Below, one piece after another: positions 1-9,891 of a DNA stretch of 64,000 nucleotides. The stretch spans positions 11,742 to 75,741 of the forward strand of contig NTKK01000006.1 of assembly GCA_002457675.1 (NCBI GenBank). The letters run 5' to 3'. Numbering within the stretch: the first letter of the stretch is position 1; each line of letters opens with the position of its first letter. Below the pieces are notes generated by a model. That model ran no database searches. It saw only the letters and a list, made by a program, of their open reading frames with translations, and had not been told where the DNA came from. The translations under genes and the position numbers were made by a program. The stretch is from Bacteroidetes bacterium MED-G17 (GTDB taxonomy: Bacteria; Bacteroidota; Bacteroidia; NS11-12g; UBA9320).

Positions 1-509
1 TCTCCAATTTTTAGCTTTTTGCTATCAGCGAATTCTATGGCCTGTAAATCACCCGCATCAATTTTTAAAAGAGCCAAATCTGTGGATGGTGCAGCACCAA
101 CAAGTTTGGCTTCGTAAGCCATTTTGCTGTTGTTAAGCATGACTTCAATCTTATCAGCATTTTTTACCACATGATGATTGGTAACTAGATAGCCATCAGC
201 AGATAAAATAACCCCTGAACCTGAGCTGCTCACTTTTCCAATGCTACCAAATGGATCAAAAAACCATGTTCTTCTTTGTACAGAACTCTCTGTTTTTATA
301 AAGACTACGGAGGGGGTACTTTTTGTTGAGGCCAAATTGAAGTTACCTCCACTTTCCGGTTGTTCATTTACTAGAACAATCTCTTTTCTTATTTGGGAAT
401 CTGTATTTTGAGTGGATCCCAAAATTAGACTTGGGTACTGCTTTATGATACTTAAAGAAATGAATACGCTGGATATACAGGTTAAAAAAATAAACAGAAA
501 GTTTTTCAT
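1..509 (-). CDS. HtrA/DegP (Do) family serine protease, N-terminal part only; the C-terminus runs off the window start
   Basis: Reverse-strand translation from ATG at 507-509 gives MKNFLFIFLTCISSVFISLS...GSGVILSADGYLVTNHHVVKNADKIEVMLNN...DLALLKIDAGDLQAIEFADS. It has a signal peptide and the classic trypsin-like HtrA motifs (GSGVI..DGY.VTNHHV, DLALLKI). Absent from the ORF track because it is partial. Confidence 0.7.
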   Translation of the reverse strand, partial: MKNFLFIFLTCISSVFISLSIIKQYPSLILGSTQNTDSQIRKEIVLVNEQPESGGNFNLASTKSTPSVVFIKTESSVQRRTWFFDPFGSIGKVSSSGSGVILSADGYLVTNHHVVKNADKIEVMLNNSKMAYEAKLVGAAPSTDLALLKIDAGDLQAIEFADSKKLKIG

Positions 510-540
510 CGTAGTTGTTTAAACAAAAACCGAACCAAAG

Positions 541-1674
541 TTAATAATCAGTTGCCATATAATCGGTGACATTTGCTTTAATCTGAACCGTTATTACAGA
601 ACTGTTTGGACTATTTGTGTAGATAGTAATTGGTTTTGATTGAATACCTTTTTTGAATATAGAGTCAAATTCAACTGAAAAAGTCGAGGAGCTGTTAGGC
701 GCTATTTCCCTTTTTGGATTCTTGATTATTGTACAACTACAATCGGTTTTAATATGGTATACTTTTAGCGTTGTTTTGCCTGTATTTGTTATAGTGAAGG
801 TGCCCGATTTTTTAAGACCTGCTTTAATTTTTCCTAGGTCAACTTTGTTTGAGCTCAAGCTTGCCATCGGGGCTTTTTTAAGCTCCTTTTTTCGCAATTT
901 GCTAAAATCTTTTTTTATACTTGCATTATAGATAATCTCTTTCCGGGGGTTGAAATTATCTGTTGTATACAGAATAAATCTTCCATTTTGAAAGCCCCAA
1001 ATATCGTCTGACACCGAAGGGTCATAGGTTAAAAAAATAGTATCTGAATCTCCCGGTTTGGTTGGTTTTGTGGGGCCACTCCAAGAAATGGATTTTGGAA
1101 GCTTTTCTATGTTAATCAATTGCAAATCATATGTTCCATTGTTTTTGTAAATAATCGGAAATTGACGTTTCTCATTTTTGTCCATTTCGCCAAAAAGCAC
1201 AAAATGACTTTTAAGTCTAAAATGGCCGGCTTTTTTGTTTTGAATGATTGATTCTTCTCTTGTATAAGGAACTTTTTGATCGTGATTCACAGTACCCTTG
1301 ATAGACAATGAAATTTCCTGGTTGCCTATAAAATTTCCAAGAACGCGTAGATATTTTTCAAATCGGCCATATACACGAGAAGACTGAAAAGTGGCTTTGA
1401 TTTGCGCTCTTTCTCCAGGAAGAATTGGTTTTGTAGGAAATTGTGGTGCTGTGCAGCCGCATTCTGTTGTTACCTGTTTAATAAGTAAAGGAATTTTGCT
1501 TCTATTTACAAAATCAAAAGCGGCTATTTTTGGACCTTCAGACACATTCACCACGCCCAAATTTATCGATTTTGAATCCCATGTAATCTCTTTTGGATCA
1601 ACAAGTTGTGCAAAAACAGATGAAGCCATAAAAAAATGTACAAACAGCACCAATAGGCATTTATTCCCTTTCAT
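541..1674 (-). CDS. DUF1573 domain-containing secreted protein with two DUF1573 repeats
   Basis: N-terminal signal peptide. Two copies of the DUF1573-type motif, with TECGCTAP and TDCSCT cores in Ig-like beta-rich contexts. Confidence 0.6.
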   Translation of the reverse strand: MKGNKCLLVLFVHFFMASSVFAQLVDPKEITWDSKSINLGVVNVSEGPKIAAFDFVNRSKIPLLIKQVTTECGCTAPQFPTKPILPGERAQIKATFQSSRVYGRFEKYLRVLGNFIGNQEISLSIKGTVNHDQKVPYTREESIIQNKKAGHFRLKSHFVLFGEMDKNEKRQFPIIYKNNGTYDLQLINIEKLPKSISWSGPTKPTKPGDSDTIFLTYDPSVSDDIWGFQNGRFILYTTDNFNPRKEIIYNASIKKDFSKLRKKELKKAPMASLSSNKVDLGKIKAGLKKSGTFTITNTGKTTLKVYHIKTDCSCTIIKNPKREIAPNSSSTFSVEFDSIFKKGIQSKPITIYTNSPNSSVITVQIKANVTDYMATDY

Positions 1675-1755
1675 TGTTACGAAGATAAACGTATTGGCTT
1701 ACATGAAAGTTGCATGTAAAGATGTGCAAAAGAAAAAAAAGTAACTTCGCAATTC

Positions 1756-2781
1756 ATGTCAAACGAGCACTTGCAAGCGGATAAAAATCATCTAACGCCT
1801 ATCGAGCAAGATGCGGAGAAAGTATTGCGTCCTGCGCGTTTCGAAGATTTTACGGGTCAAGATAAATTGGTGGAAAACCTCAAAGTGTTTGTAAAAGCTG
1901 CTAAACAAAGGGGTGAAGCACTAGACCATGTTTTGTTGCATGGTCCTCCAGGCTTAGGGAAAACCACTTTGTCACACATCATCAGCAATGAAATGGATAG
2001 TCAAATGAAAATCACCAGTGGACCTGTATTGGAAAAACCAGGAGATTTGGCTGGATTGCTTACTAATTTGGAGGAAGGAGATGTTTTATTTATTGATGAG
2101 ATCCATAGGATGAGCTCAGTCATAGAAGAGTATCTCTACTCAGCAATGGAAGATTATAAGATTGATATTGTACTCGATACTGGACCTGCAGCAAGAAGCG
2201 TACAAATAAGTTTAAACCCATTCACATTAATTGGTGCCACGACTAGGTCAGGTCTTTTAACGGCTCCTTTACGTGCGCGTTTTGGTATCAATTGCCGATT
2301 GGAATACTATAATGCAAAATTGATTGCCACTATCGCCAAAAGGTCAGCTCAAATATTGGATATACCGATAGACAACAATGCAGCTTCGGAAATTGCCAAA
2401 AGAAGTAGGGGAACACCCAGGATAGCAAATGCGCTCCTTCGCAGAACTAGAGACTTTGCTCAGATAAAAGGTAAAGGCATCATTACTTTGGAAATTGCAC
2501 AAATGGCACTTCGTGCATTAAATGTTGACCAAAGCGGGCTAGATGAAATGGACAACCTTATTTTACTTACAATTATTGATAAATTTAACGGTGGCCCAGT
2601 TGGTTTAAATACCATCGCGACAGCCGTTGGTGAAGATGCAGGTACGATTGAAGAAGTTTATGAACCTTTTCTTATCCAAGAGGGATTTGTCCAGAGAACA
2701 GCACGAGGAAGAGAGGCAACCACTAGGGCCTATAAACATTTGGGTAAAACAAAATCTGGGGACGCGCCGACCTTATTTTGA
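1756..2781 (+). CDS. ruvB: Holliday junction branch migration DNA helicase RuvB
   Basis: Walker A motif [10 protein letters not shown]; RuvB N-terminal segment [10 protein letters not shown]; conserved C-terminal winged-helix region; 341 aa. Confidence 0.95.
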   Translation: MSNEHLQADKNHLTPIEQDAEKVLRPARFEDFTGQDKLVENLKVFVKAAKQRGEALDHVLLHGPPGLGKTTLSHIISNEMDSQMKITSGPVLEKPGDLAGLLTNLEEGDVLFIDEIHRMSSVIEEYLYSAMEDYKIDIVLDTGPAARSVQISLNPFTLIGATTRSGLLTAPLRARFGINCRLEYYNAKLIATIAKRSAQILDIPIDNNAASEIAKRSRGTPRIANALLRRTRDFAQIKGKGIITLEIAQMALRALNVDQSGLDEMDNLILLTIIDKFNGGPVGLNTIATAVGEDAGTIEEVYEPFLIQEGFVQRTARGREATTRAYKHLGKTKSGDAPTLF

Positions 2782-3707
2782 AAACAGATTTACTTCAAAA
2801 AAATAGCCAAGAAGTGAAGAGCATTGCCCAGTCATTGGGCTTTGAATTTTGTGGAATTGCTAAGGCAGAAAAGTTGGTTGAAGAAGAAAGTAGATTAGAA
2901 AGCTGGCTTAATCAGAAGCATCATGCAAGCATGCAGTACATGGAAAATCACTTCGAATTAAGATTAGATCCAACCTTACTTGTTCCCGGGGCCAAAACGG
3001 TCATCTCATTAATGTATAACTATTTTCAACAAGCTCGACCTAAGAGCGAAAAGGGGTACAAAATCGCTCAATATGCTTGGGGAAAAGACTACCATAAAGT
3101 AGTCAAGAAAAAATTACAAGAATTTATAATGCAATTGAATCAGTCAATTGGGCAGGTAAATGGGCGGGTTTTTGTCGATTCTGCGCCGATTTTAGAAAGA
3201 TCATGGGCAGCTCGGTCAGGGCTTGGCTGGGTAGGTAAAAATTCAATGCTGATTAATAAAAAAAAAGGCAGTTTTTATTTTTTGGCAGAAATAATTTCAG
3301 ATTTGGAGGCATGGCCTGATATACCAGATACTGACCATTGTGGTACGTGCACGGCGTGTATAGACGCTTGTCCAACAGATGCGATTTTGCCAGAAAAAAA
3401 TATCAATAGCAACAATTGTATTTCTTATTTCACCATTGAACACAAAGACAAAATAGGGCCGCATATGTCAGGTAAAATGGATGACTGGATTTTTGGTTGT
3501 GATATTTGTCAAGATGTTTGTCCTTGGAATCGCTTTGCTCAAAAGCATCAAGAACCCAAATTTGAAGGGCCAAAAAATAACCTATCAAAGACAGATTGGG
3601 AAGAGATGACCCACGAAGTATTTAATGAAATATTTGCTGGTAGTCCATTGAAACGTGCTAAATGGGAGGGGATAAAAAGGAATATTTTGTTTAACAAAAA
3701 GGCTTAA
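2778..3707 (+). CDS. queG: tRNA epoxyqueuosine(34) reductase QueG
   Basis: Two 4Fe-4S ferredoxin motifs ([12 protein letters not shown] and CDICQDVCP) and a DUF1730-like N-terminus. Overlaps the ruvB stop by 4 nt. Confidence 0.85.
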   Translation: MKTDLLQKNSQEVKSIAQSLGFEFCGIAKAEKLVEEESRLESWLNQKHHASMQYMENHFELRLDPTLLVPGAKTVISLMYNYFQQARPKSEKGYKIAQYAWGKDYHKVVKKKLQEFIMQLNQSIGQVNGRVFVDSAPILERSWAARSGLGWVGKNSMLINKKKGSFYFLAEIISDLEAWPDIPDTDHCGTCTACIDACPTDAILPEKNINSNNCISYFTIEHKDKIGPHMSGKMDDWIFGCDICQDVCPWNRFAQKHQEPKFEGPKNNLSKTDWEEMTHEVFNEIFAGSPLKRAKWEGIKRNILFNKKA

Positions 3708-4444
3708 AAGTTAAACATGTTGGGAAAATTTTTTGATACCATTTGTGCGGTATCTCCGGGTTTATGAATCTTATGAAAATATCGAAGCGGTAGCTGGCTG
3801 GCGTCAGAAAAAAGCTTGGATAAATCAACATTTATGTTTAACTCTTTTTTTTGGCTTAGCCCCTGGTTATTTGTCAATTTATTGGGCAATGTTAAACGTA
3901 TTTCTTGAGCTGTTTCTTGGCCAGATTTATAGCCTCCGATGTGCATTGTCACCCCTTCATTTGGACTACTAGGGCTATTACCTTCCAACTTAAAATTTAT
4001 GTAGCCTGAGTTCATTTGCCAGTACATTGGATCTATAAACTGGTCATTAAGCCCGCCGTTAATGTTTATAGTTGAATCTCTAACACCAAGATCAAAGGCC
4101 AGTGACACAAAATCGTCAAGTGGGAATGTTCCTAATTCAATTTGGGTGTTTCCTGTGGCAGGGTTTATCAGGGCATATTTATTTTCAAACCTATACGTTG
4201 TGCCATCTTCAGAAATTAACTGGAAATTATTTACATGGTAAATCAACTTAGAAGGAGTAAAAGAATCGCCATTACTGGTAAGATAAGTTTGGTTATCAAA
4301 TACAAGCTTTTCATTGTCAAAATTGTGCGAAAAGCCAATCATCAAAATTTGCTTGTATTTCTTTGGGTCTTCATCATTACACTGAATAAATGATAAAGCA
4401 GCCGGTACCAAAAAAAGTAAAAAGTAATTAAGGCGCATTCCCAA
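3704..4444 (-). CDS. hypothetical secreted protein / lipoprotein
   Basis: Signal peptide with a lipobox-like FIQC. No motif I can assign with confidence. Transcribed divergently from crtZ. Confidence 0.45.
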   Translation of the reverse strand: MGMRLNYFLLFLVPAALSFIQCNDEDPKKYKQILMIGFSHNFDNEKLVFDNQTYLTSNGDSFTPSKLIYHVNNFQLISEDGTTYRFENKYALINPATGNTQIELGTFPLDDFVSLAFDLGVRDSTININGGLNDQFIDPMYWQMNSGYINFKLEGNSPSSPNEGVTMHIGGYKSGQETAQEIRLTLPNKLTNNQGLSQKKELNINVDLSKLFSDASQLPLRYFHKIHKPGDTAQMVSKNFPNMFNF

Positions 4445-4479
4445 AGATAATCAAATGATTTAAGGAGATAAAGTGTAAT

Positions 4480-4506
4480 TTGACTTTGTTTAATTTTTAA
4501 AGTCAA
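4480..4506. promoter_or_regulatory. Perfect inverted repeat TTGACTTT-N11-AAAGTCAA in the crtZ/divergent-gene intergenic region; candidate operator
   Basis: Read directly from the sequence: 8-bp arms, 11-bp AT spacer, about 40 bp upstream of the crtZ ATG. No flanking T-run on either strand, so it is not a terminator. Confidence 0.45.
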
Positions 4507-4516
4507 AAAATGAACA

Positions 4517-4524
4517 TAAATTTG
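4517..4524 (+). promoter_or_regulatory. Candidate Bacteroidota sigma-A -7 box (TAAATTTG) for crtZ-crtB
   Basis: Exact match to the TAnnTTTG consensus, 22 nt upstream of the crtZ ATG. Confidence 0.35.
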
Positions 4525-4546
4525 GTGCAATTGTAAAAATAAGACA

Positions 4547-4987
4547 ATGAAATTATTTTTCATCTTTGTTACGTTTTGTTTTATGGAGTTTATGGCATGG
4601 TTTACGCACAAATTCATTATGCATGGCTTTATGTGGAGATGGCATAAATCACACCACAGTGTGCACAAACAAGTTTTCGAAAAAAACGACCTATTTGCAG
4701 TAGTATTTGCCCTTGTCTCGGCGGGGCTGATAGTACTTTCAAGCGAAAAAATAATTCCATCAATATTCTTCGAAATCGGTATTGGAGTTTGTCTTTACGG
4801 GGTAGCATACTTTTTGGTTCACGATGTATTTGTTCATCAAAGAATCAAATGGCTTAGAAAGACAAATATTAAATATTTTAAAGCCATGAGAAAGGCGCAT
4901 AAAATTCACCATAAGACATTAACCAAAGATGGGGCAGAGGCGTTTGGCTTCTTATTTGTGCCCAAAAAATATTTGAGAAAGGTATGA
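4547..4987 (+). CDS. crtZ: beta-carotene 3-hydroxylase (fatty acid hydroxylase superfamily)
   Basis: Histidine boxes HKSHHS and HKIHH in a 146-aa membrane protein (WRWHKSHH), typical of CrtZ. Immediately upstream of phytoene synthase. Confidence 0.8.
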   Translation: MKLFFIFVTFCFMEFMAWFTHKFIMHGFMWRWHKSHHSVHKQVFEKNDLFAVVFALVSAGLIVLSSEKIIPSIFFEIGIGVCLYGVAYFLVHDVFVHQRIKWLRKTNIKYFKAMRKAHKIHHKTLTKDGAEAFGFLFVPKKYLRKV

Positions 4988-5829
4988 AAAATGCAATTAA
5001 ATTATACAATGAAGTCTCTCTCGAATCGAGCAAGCTTACAACAGAAAGATACAGTACCTCTTTTTCAGTTGGCATTCGTTTAATTTCTGGTGAATTAAGG
5101 TGGGCTATTTATGCTTTGTATGGTATGGTTCGTTATGCAGACGAAATTGTAGATACCTTTCACAATCAAGATAAAGGTCTTTTGTTAAATGATTTTGAAG
5201 CGCAGACCTATGAAGCAATTGAGCGAAAATTTTCAACCAACCCAATTTTACATGCTTACCAAATGGCACATCATCAATTTTCTATTGATCAAGCGCTAGT
5301 AAAGTCCTTTTTTGAGAGCATGAAGATGGACTTAGAGCAAAAAGTACACGATAAAGATTCATATGATACGTACGTATATGGAAGTGCCGAAGTAGTAGGG
5401 TTGATGTGTTTGCATGTTTTTACCGAGGGGAATAAAAAATTGTTTAATGACTTACTGCCCAACGCTAGAGCCCTTGGTTCGGCCTTCCAAAAAGTAAATT
5501 TTTTAAGAGACCTTAAGAGCGATTTAGAAGAAAGAGGAAGACTGTATTTCCCAAATGTGAACTTCACCAATTTCTCTGATGAAGACAAACAACAAATTAT
5601 TCAAGAAGTAAAAGAAGAGTTCAAGCATGCGTTAAGCGGGATTAAAAAATTGCCTTTATCCTGCAGATTTGGCGTTTATACCGCGTATAAATATTACCTC
5701 AAACTTTTGGTAAAAATCGACAGTAAGCACAAAGAAGAGCTTTTGGAAAAGAGAATTAGAGTGAATAATGCTCAAAAAGTATGGGTGCTTGCCAAAAGTT
5801 TTTCAAGGTACCAGCTAAATCTACTTTAA
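4984..5829 (+). CDS. crtB: phytoene synthase (squalene/phytoene synthase family)
   Basis: Isoprenoid synthase motifs YGMVRYADEIVD and the second Asp-rich region. 281 aa. Start overlaps the crtZ stop by 4 nt. Confidence 0.85.
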   Translation: MKNAIKLYNEVSLESSKLTTERYSTSFSVGIRLISGELRWAIYALYGMVRYADEIVDTFHNQDKGLLLNDFEAQTYEAIERKFSTNPILHAYQMAHHQFSIDQALVKSFFESMKMDLEQKVHDKDSYDTYVYGSAEVVGLMCLHVFTEGNKKLFNDLLPNARALGSAFQKVNFLRDLKSDLEERGRLYFPNVNFTNFSDEDKQQIIQEVKEEFKHALSGIKKLPLSCRFGVYTAYKYYLKLLVKIDSKHKEELLEKRIRVNNAQKVWVLAKSFSRYQLNLL

Positions 5830-7061
5830 ATAGAGAAATAGGTTGGCGGAATTAAAAAGTCAATTTCCTTAATTTTTATATTGAATTTATTTCCCAACAA
5901 TTCATTTGTAAGATGACCTTTATAAAGGTACGTTCCCATGCGCATACCTTTATGATGAGAAATATAAGTTTCTAAATCACCATATTTTGCCCATTCAATA
6001 AATATGCCTGTAAACAAATTACTTAAAGCATAGCTAGCAGTTCTTGCTACGCGGCTTGGAATATTTGGCACACAATAATGAATTACATCAAACTTCTCGA
6101 AAACGGGCTCGTGATGGTTGGTAATTTTTGATGTACTGAAATTTCCGCCCCGATCAATTGCAACATCGATAATCATTGACTTTGCTTTCATCTGTTGCAC
6201 CATTTCTTCACTTACAACGCATGGAGACTCCGCTTTTCGCATGGCCATAGCGCCTATGGCAACATCTGCATTTTGAAGCGCTTTAGTCAGCAATTCAGGT
6301 ATAAGCGTGGAAGTATGAATTCTATTGCCTAATTTTTGTTCCAGATTCTTGAGACGAAATACAGAATTGTCAAAAATACTTACAGAAGCACCTACACCCA
6401 AAGCAGTTTTGGCGGCATGTTCTGCAACTGTACCCGCTCCTATAATTACAACTTGTGTTGGGTGTACACCAGAAATGCCACCCAAAAGTTCGCCTTTCCC
6501 ATATTGTTGGTTGGTTAGGTATTCTGCCGCGATAAATACGGCAGCTTTTCCGGCAATTTCACTCATTGTTTGTGTAAAGGGAAAGCTGCCACCTTCGTCT
6601 TCAATAAATTCATACGCCAATGCGTTTATCCTTTTCTGCATCATACTCTGCATACAATCTTCCTTGATATCAGCAAGTTGTACCGCGCTTATGAGATTTT
6701 GTCCTTCCTTAAGGTGTACAATTTCTTCCTGTGTTGGTGGGTCAATTTTTAATATGGTTTGACATGCATAAATTTCTTTTTGACTGTTTACAATTTCTGC
6801 TCCTGCTTCGCTGTATTCCATATCAGAAAAATGTGCTTGAAGGCCTGCACCTTTTTCTATCTTGAAGATATAGCCATATTCAGTAAGTAATTTCAGCGAT
6901 AAAGGCGTAAGTGGAACTCTTTTTTCTTGATAAGTAATTTCTTTAGGTATGCCTATTTCTATGCCCTTTTGCTTTGTATCAATAGGTAAAAGTTGTTCCT
7001 TTGGCTGAATAGAAGATTCTTGCATGATTTTTTGAAATGTTTTTTTGGATTGTTCAGCCAT
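5826..7061 (-). CDS. ald: alanine dehydrogenase (AlaDH/PNT family) with N-terminal extension
   Basis: NAD-binding VIIGAGTVAEHAAKTALGVGASVSIFD and an AlaDH/PNT N-domain. Stop codon overlaps the crtB stop (convergent). Confidence 0.75.
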   Translation of the reverse strand: MAEQSKKTFQKIMQESSIQPKEQLLPIDTKQKGIEIGIPKEITYQEKRVPLTPLSLKLLTEYGYIFKIEKGAGLQAHFSDMEYSEAGAEIVNSQKEIYACQTILKIDPPTQEEIVHLKEGQNLISAVQLADIKEDCMQSMMQKRINALAYEFIEDEGGSFPFTQTMSEIAGKAAVFIAAEYLTNQQYGKGELLGGISGVHPTQVVIIGAGTVAEHAAKTALGVGASVSIFDNSVFRLKNLEQKLGNRIHTSTLIPELLTKALQNADVAIGAMAMRKAESPCVVSEEMVQQMKAKSMIIDVAIDRGGNFSTSKITNHHEPVFEKFDVIHYCVPNIPSRVARTASYALSNLFTGIFIEWAKYGDLETYISHHKGMRMGTYLYKGHLTNELLGNKFNIKIKEIDFLIPPTYFSI

Positions 7062-7159
7062 AATTTATGCTCTCAAATTAGTCTAATTTTATATAAATCC
7101 CCAAAAAAACAGTCTATGTTGGCAATTCACAATACAAAAATTAAGTTTTATATTCATAT

Positions 7160-8272
7160 TTGTTTCAAGTGATTAGGTTTATTCTTATTCTTTGCGTGTT
7201 TAGTTTTTCTTGTACGAGGGCGAGTAACTTGACTGAAAAAGATGAAGATCATTTGGTCGTTTTTCCGAGTGGTTCACTAAATGTGACCGAGGAAATCTTT
7301 TACAACAAGATGAACAAGCTCGAATTTGAGGTGCCCATGGTGTATAATGAACAAGTAGCAAAGTTCATCGACTTTTTTGCCATCAACTGGCAACCGAGAC
7401 TTAAAGAAGTATTGAGCCTGTCTGAACATTATTTTCCCATCTACGACAAAATTTTTGATCAGTATGACATTCCTTACGAAATAAAATATCTGTCGATAAT
7501 TGAATCAGCTTTAAATCCTAAAGCTGTTTCGCGGTCAGGTGCTGTTGGTCTTTGGCAGTTTATGCCTGCAACGGGTAAACTTTATGGTTTGAAAAATACT
7601 TATGAAATTGATGAAAGAAGCTCCATCGAAAAATCTACGGAGGCTGCGGCTAAATATTTGAAAGAATCTTACAAACGTTTTGGAGATTGGCATTTGGCTT
7701 TGGCAAGTTATAATGCTGGCCCTGGAGGTATTGCCCGTGCTATGAGGAGATCAGGCGGGGAAAATTTTTGGGAAATTCAACCATTTCTATATAAGGAAAC
7801 ACAAGATTATATTCCAAAATATATAGCTATGGCATACATAATGAATACCTATAAGGAGTACGGCATTACAGCCAAAACCAGTGATATTGACTTACATAAT
7901 TTAACAACGGTTGCTTTAGGGGACATTTACTTCCTTGATGACTTGGCAAAGGTGTTAGAGGTAAAGGTGAGCACTATAAAATCTTGGAACCCTGAGTTGA
8001 AGTCCGATCGTTTACCCTCAAAAAGTTATGCTTTGAGACTACCCGAAGATTATAGTTATAAGATACTTGAAAGAAAAAATGTGCTTATGGATTTAAACAA
8101 GATTTCTACTGTGGCTAGGGTACCAAAATATTATTTCCATACGGTAAAAAAAGGGGAATGTTTACCTTTAATCGCAAAGCGGTATAAAATTACTGTTGGG
8201 CAATTAAAAACTTGGAACAGCTTACACAGCAGTCTAATTTTTCCCAACCAAAAATTAAAAATTTATAAGTAA
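7160..8272 (+). CDS. lytic transglycosylase (SLT domain) with C-terminal LysM domains, MltD-like
   Basis: SLT catalytic motif ESALNPKAVSRSGAVGLWQFMP...AYNAGPGGIARA, plus two LysM-like repeats at the C-terminus. Start is TTG. Confidence 0.8.
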   Translation: MFQVIRFILILCVFSFSCTRASNLTEKDEDHLVVFPSGSLNVTEEIFYNKMNKLEFEVPMVYNEQVAKFIDFFAINWQPRLKEVLSLSEHYFPIYDKIFDQYDIPYEIKYLSIIESALNPKAVSRSGAVGLWQFMPATGKLYGLKNTYEIDERSSIEKSTEAAAKYLKESYKRFGDWHLALASYNAGPGGIARAMRRSGGENFWEIQPFLYKETQDYIPKYIAMAYIMNTYKEYGITAKTSDIDLHNLTTVALGDIYFLDDLAKVLEVKVSTIKSWNPELKSDRLPSKSYALRLPEDYSYKILERKNVLMDLNKISTVARVPKYYFHTVKKGECLPLIAKRYKITVGQLKTWNSLHSSLIFPNQKLKIYK

Positions 8273-9328
8273 ATGAGGAAGTTTCTGTTTGTCATTTTTT
8301 GCAGCTTGTTTGCTTTTTGTGATAAGGGCAACAACAAACAAATTAAACTTGAATCGTATGCCAAATATGGTGATTTTTTTATCCTAGCAGATGATCGATT
8401 AATTCAGCATCAAATGAAAGAAACATTTCTGAACGTTTTTTCTGCTGAGGAAGAAAATCTTTTGCCTCCAAAACCTAGAAAATTTTTACCAAGATTTTTG
8501 CCTTTAGATCAAATGGGCAACTTTACTCGACGTTATTTCAATTCGATTATTCTTCTCGATAACAAGTCCAAAGATTATTTTCTTTCACTATTTGATAGGC
8601 AAACAGTTCAAAATCTTTTACAAAAAATAAATGAAAAAAATGCTTTTGGTTTTGTGATAAACAACTTGTGGGCAAAGCCGCAAAAAACACTTATTATCTA
8701 TGCAGAAAATCAAAATTCACTTCTAGAAAAAATAGTTAAAAACCAAGAAAAACTTATCCAATATGTTGAGCAAGCGGAGCTTTCTGTAGGAGAAAATAAA
8801 ATGTTTCCACTCGGGAAGGCGAGAAATTCGAGCTTTATAAAAATGAAGAAGTCGAGAAAATTTGCCTTACCACTACATCCTTATTATCGATTGGCTTTAA
8901 ATAAAAAAGAGATGCTTTGGTATAGAAGAAATTCTAAAAAAATGGATTATGCAATTTGTATTTATGAAGAGCCATTCGCGTCGGAAAGTCAATTTGAATT
9001 GAACTACATTAAAAAAATGCGAAATCAAAAAACCAAAAAATTTTTGAAGGGCCAATTGGACAATACATATGTGGAGATTGATCCCGAGATTGATTGCAGC
9101 TTTACCAAAGAAAATTTTAGTGGAATGCCTTGTTACACCCTAAAAGGTTGGTGGAGTATGAATAATGACTTTATGGCTGGTCCATTTGTTACCCGAACAA
9201 TTTTTGATCAAAAAAATAAACGTGTAATTACCATAGATGGACATTTATACGGACCAGAGGTAGCTAATAAAATTAATCACCTAAGAGAGTTAGAGGTTTA
9301 TATACATACTTTTGAACCAAGTTTATGA
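8273..9328 (+). CDS. DUF4837-like lipoprotein (hypothetical)
   Basis: Lipoprotein signal (LFAFC); about 350 aa, Bacteroidota-specific-looking. ATG directly abuts the upstream stop. Family assigned from memory only. Confidence 0.45.
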   Translation: MRKFLFVIFCSLFAFCDKGNNKQIKLESYAKYGDFFILADDRLIQHQMKETFLNVFSAEEENLLPPKPRKFLPRFLPLDQMGNFTRRYFNSIILLDNKSKDYFLSLFDRQTVQNLLQKINEKNAFGFVINNLWAKPQKTLIIYAENQNSLLEKIVKNQEKLIQYVEQAELSVGENKMFPLGKARNSSFIKMKKSRKFALPLHPYYRLALNKKEMLWYRRNSKKMDYAICIYEEPFASESQFELNYIKKMRNQKTKKFLKGQLDNTYVEIDPEIDCSFTKENFSGMPCYTLKGWWSMNNDFMAGPFVTRTIFDQKNKRVITIDGHLYGPEVANKINHLRELEVYIHTFEPSL

Positions 9329-9891
9329 TTCGCTTGGCAATACTCGCTTCGGGCTCCGGAACCAATGCACAGGCAATAATTGAATATTTTGATGGTCACG
9401 CATCTATTGAAATTTCGGGCGTATATACAAACAATCCTGAGGCGGGTGTAATTAAAAAGTGTCAACAATTAAACATGGATTGTTTTGTTTTTTCAAATGC
9501 TGATTTAAAAAATGATACATTACTTAAATTACTTATTTCTTCACATGTTGAAGGAATTATTCTTGCTGGATTTTTGAGAAAAATTACACCAAATATTCTT
9601 GAAACGTATTCAAATAAAATTATGAATATTCATCCAAGTCTTTTGCCAAAATATGGTGGTAAGGGCATGTACGGAGCGCACGTCCACCATTCAGTGTTGG
9701 CTAATAAGGAAAAAGAAACAGGTATAACCATACATCTTGTTAATGAAAATTATGATGAAGGAGATTACCTATTTCAAAGACGGGTAAAACTTGGTAAGGA
9801 TGAAAGCATAGAATCTATTATAAAAAAGATTTCTAGTTTGGAACATACCTACTATCCCCAAGTCATAGAACGTTTTTTTTTAATTAAATAA
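9325..9891 (+). CDS. purN: phosphoribosylglycinamide formyltransferase
   Basis: MIRLAILASGSGTNAQAI N-terminus; folate-binding HPSLLP...G motif; 188 aa. Confidence 0.9.
   Translation: MIRLAILASGSGTNAQAIIEYFDGHASIEISGVYTNNPEAGVIKKCQQLNMDCFVFSNADLKNDTLLKLLISSHVEGIILAGFLRKITPNILETYSNKIMNIHPSLLPKYGGKGMYGAHVHHSVLANKEKETGITIHLVNENYDEGDYLFQRRVKLGKDESIESIIKKISSLEHTYYPQVIERFFLIK

Noticed and set aside
653-931. Short ORFs lying inside or antisense to strong genes. Examples: 653..931, 1391..1744, 3733..3972, 4342..4668, 6325..6762, 13495..13728, 27163..27441, 27802..28209, 35424..35672, 44116..44363, 48092..48388, 50493..50783, 55019..55384, 61139..61570.
   Set aside because: Each is fully embedded in, or antisense to, a well-supported conserved CDS and has a low-complexity translation with no motifs. 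These are typical spurious frames in AT-rich DNA.
3704-4444. Calling the 246-aa lipoprotein an MbnP-like copper-binding protein.
   Set aside because: The call would rest only on a vague size and lipoprotein resemblance. There is no partner MbnT/TonB receptor or peroxidase gene adjacent, and I cannot verify any diagnostic motif by eye.
5826-5829. Missing terminators at convergent gene pairs that share overlapping stop codons: crtB/ald at 5826-5829, aldh/panB at 23352-23355, and DUF4159/yidC at 30722-30725.
   Set aside because: I considered this as a possible sign of mis-annotation. Both members of each pair have strong family motifs through to their C-termini. Overlapping convergent stops are common in compact Bacteroidota genomes, so this is not treated as a finding.
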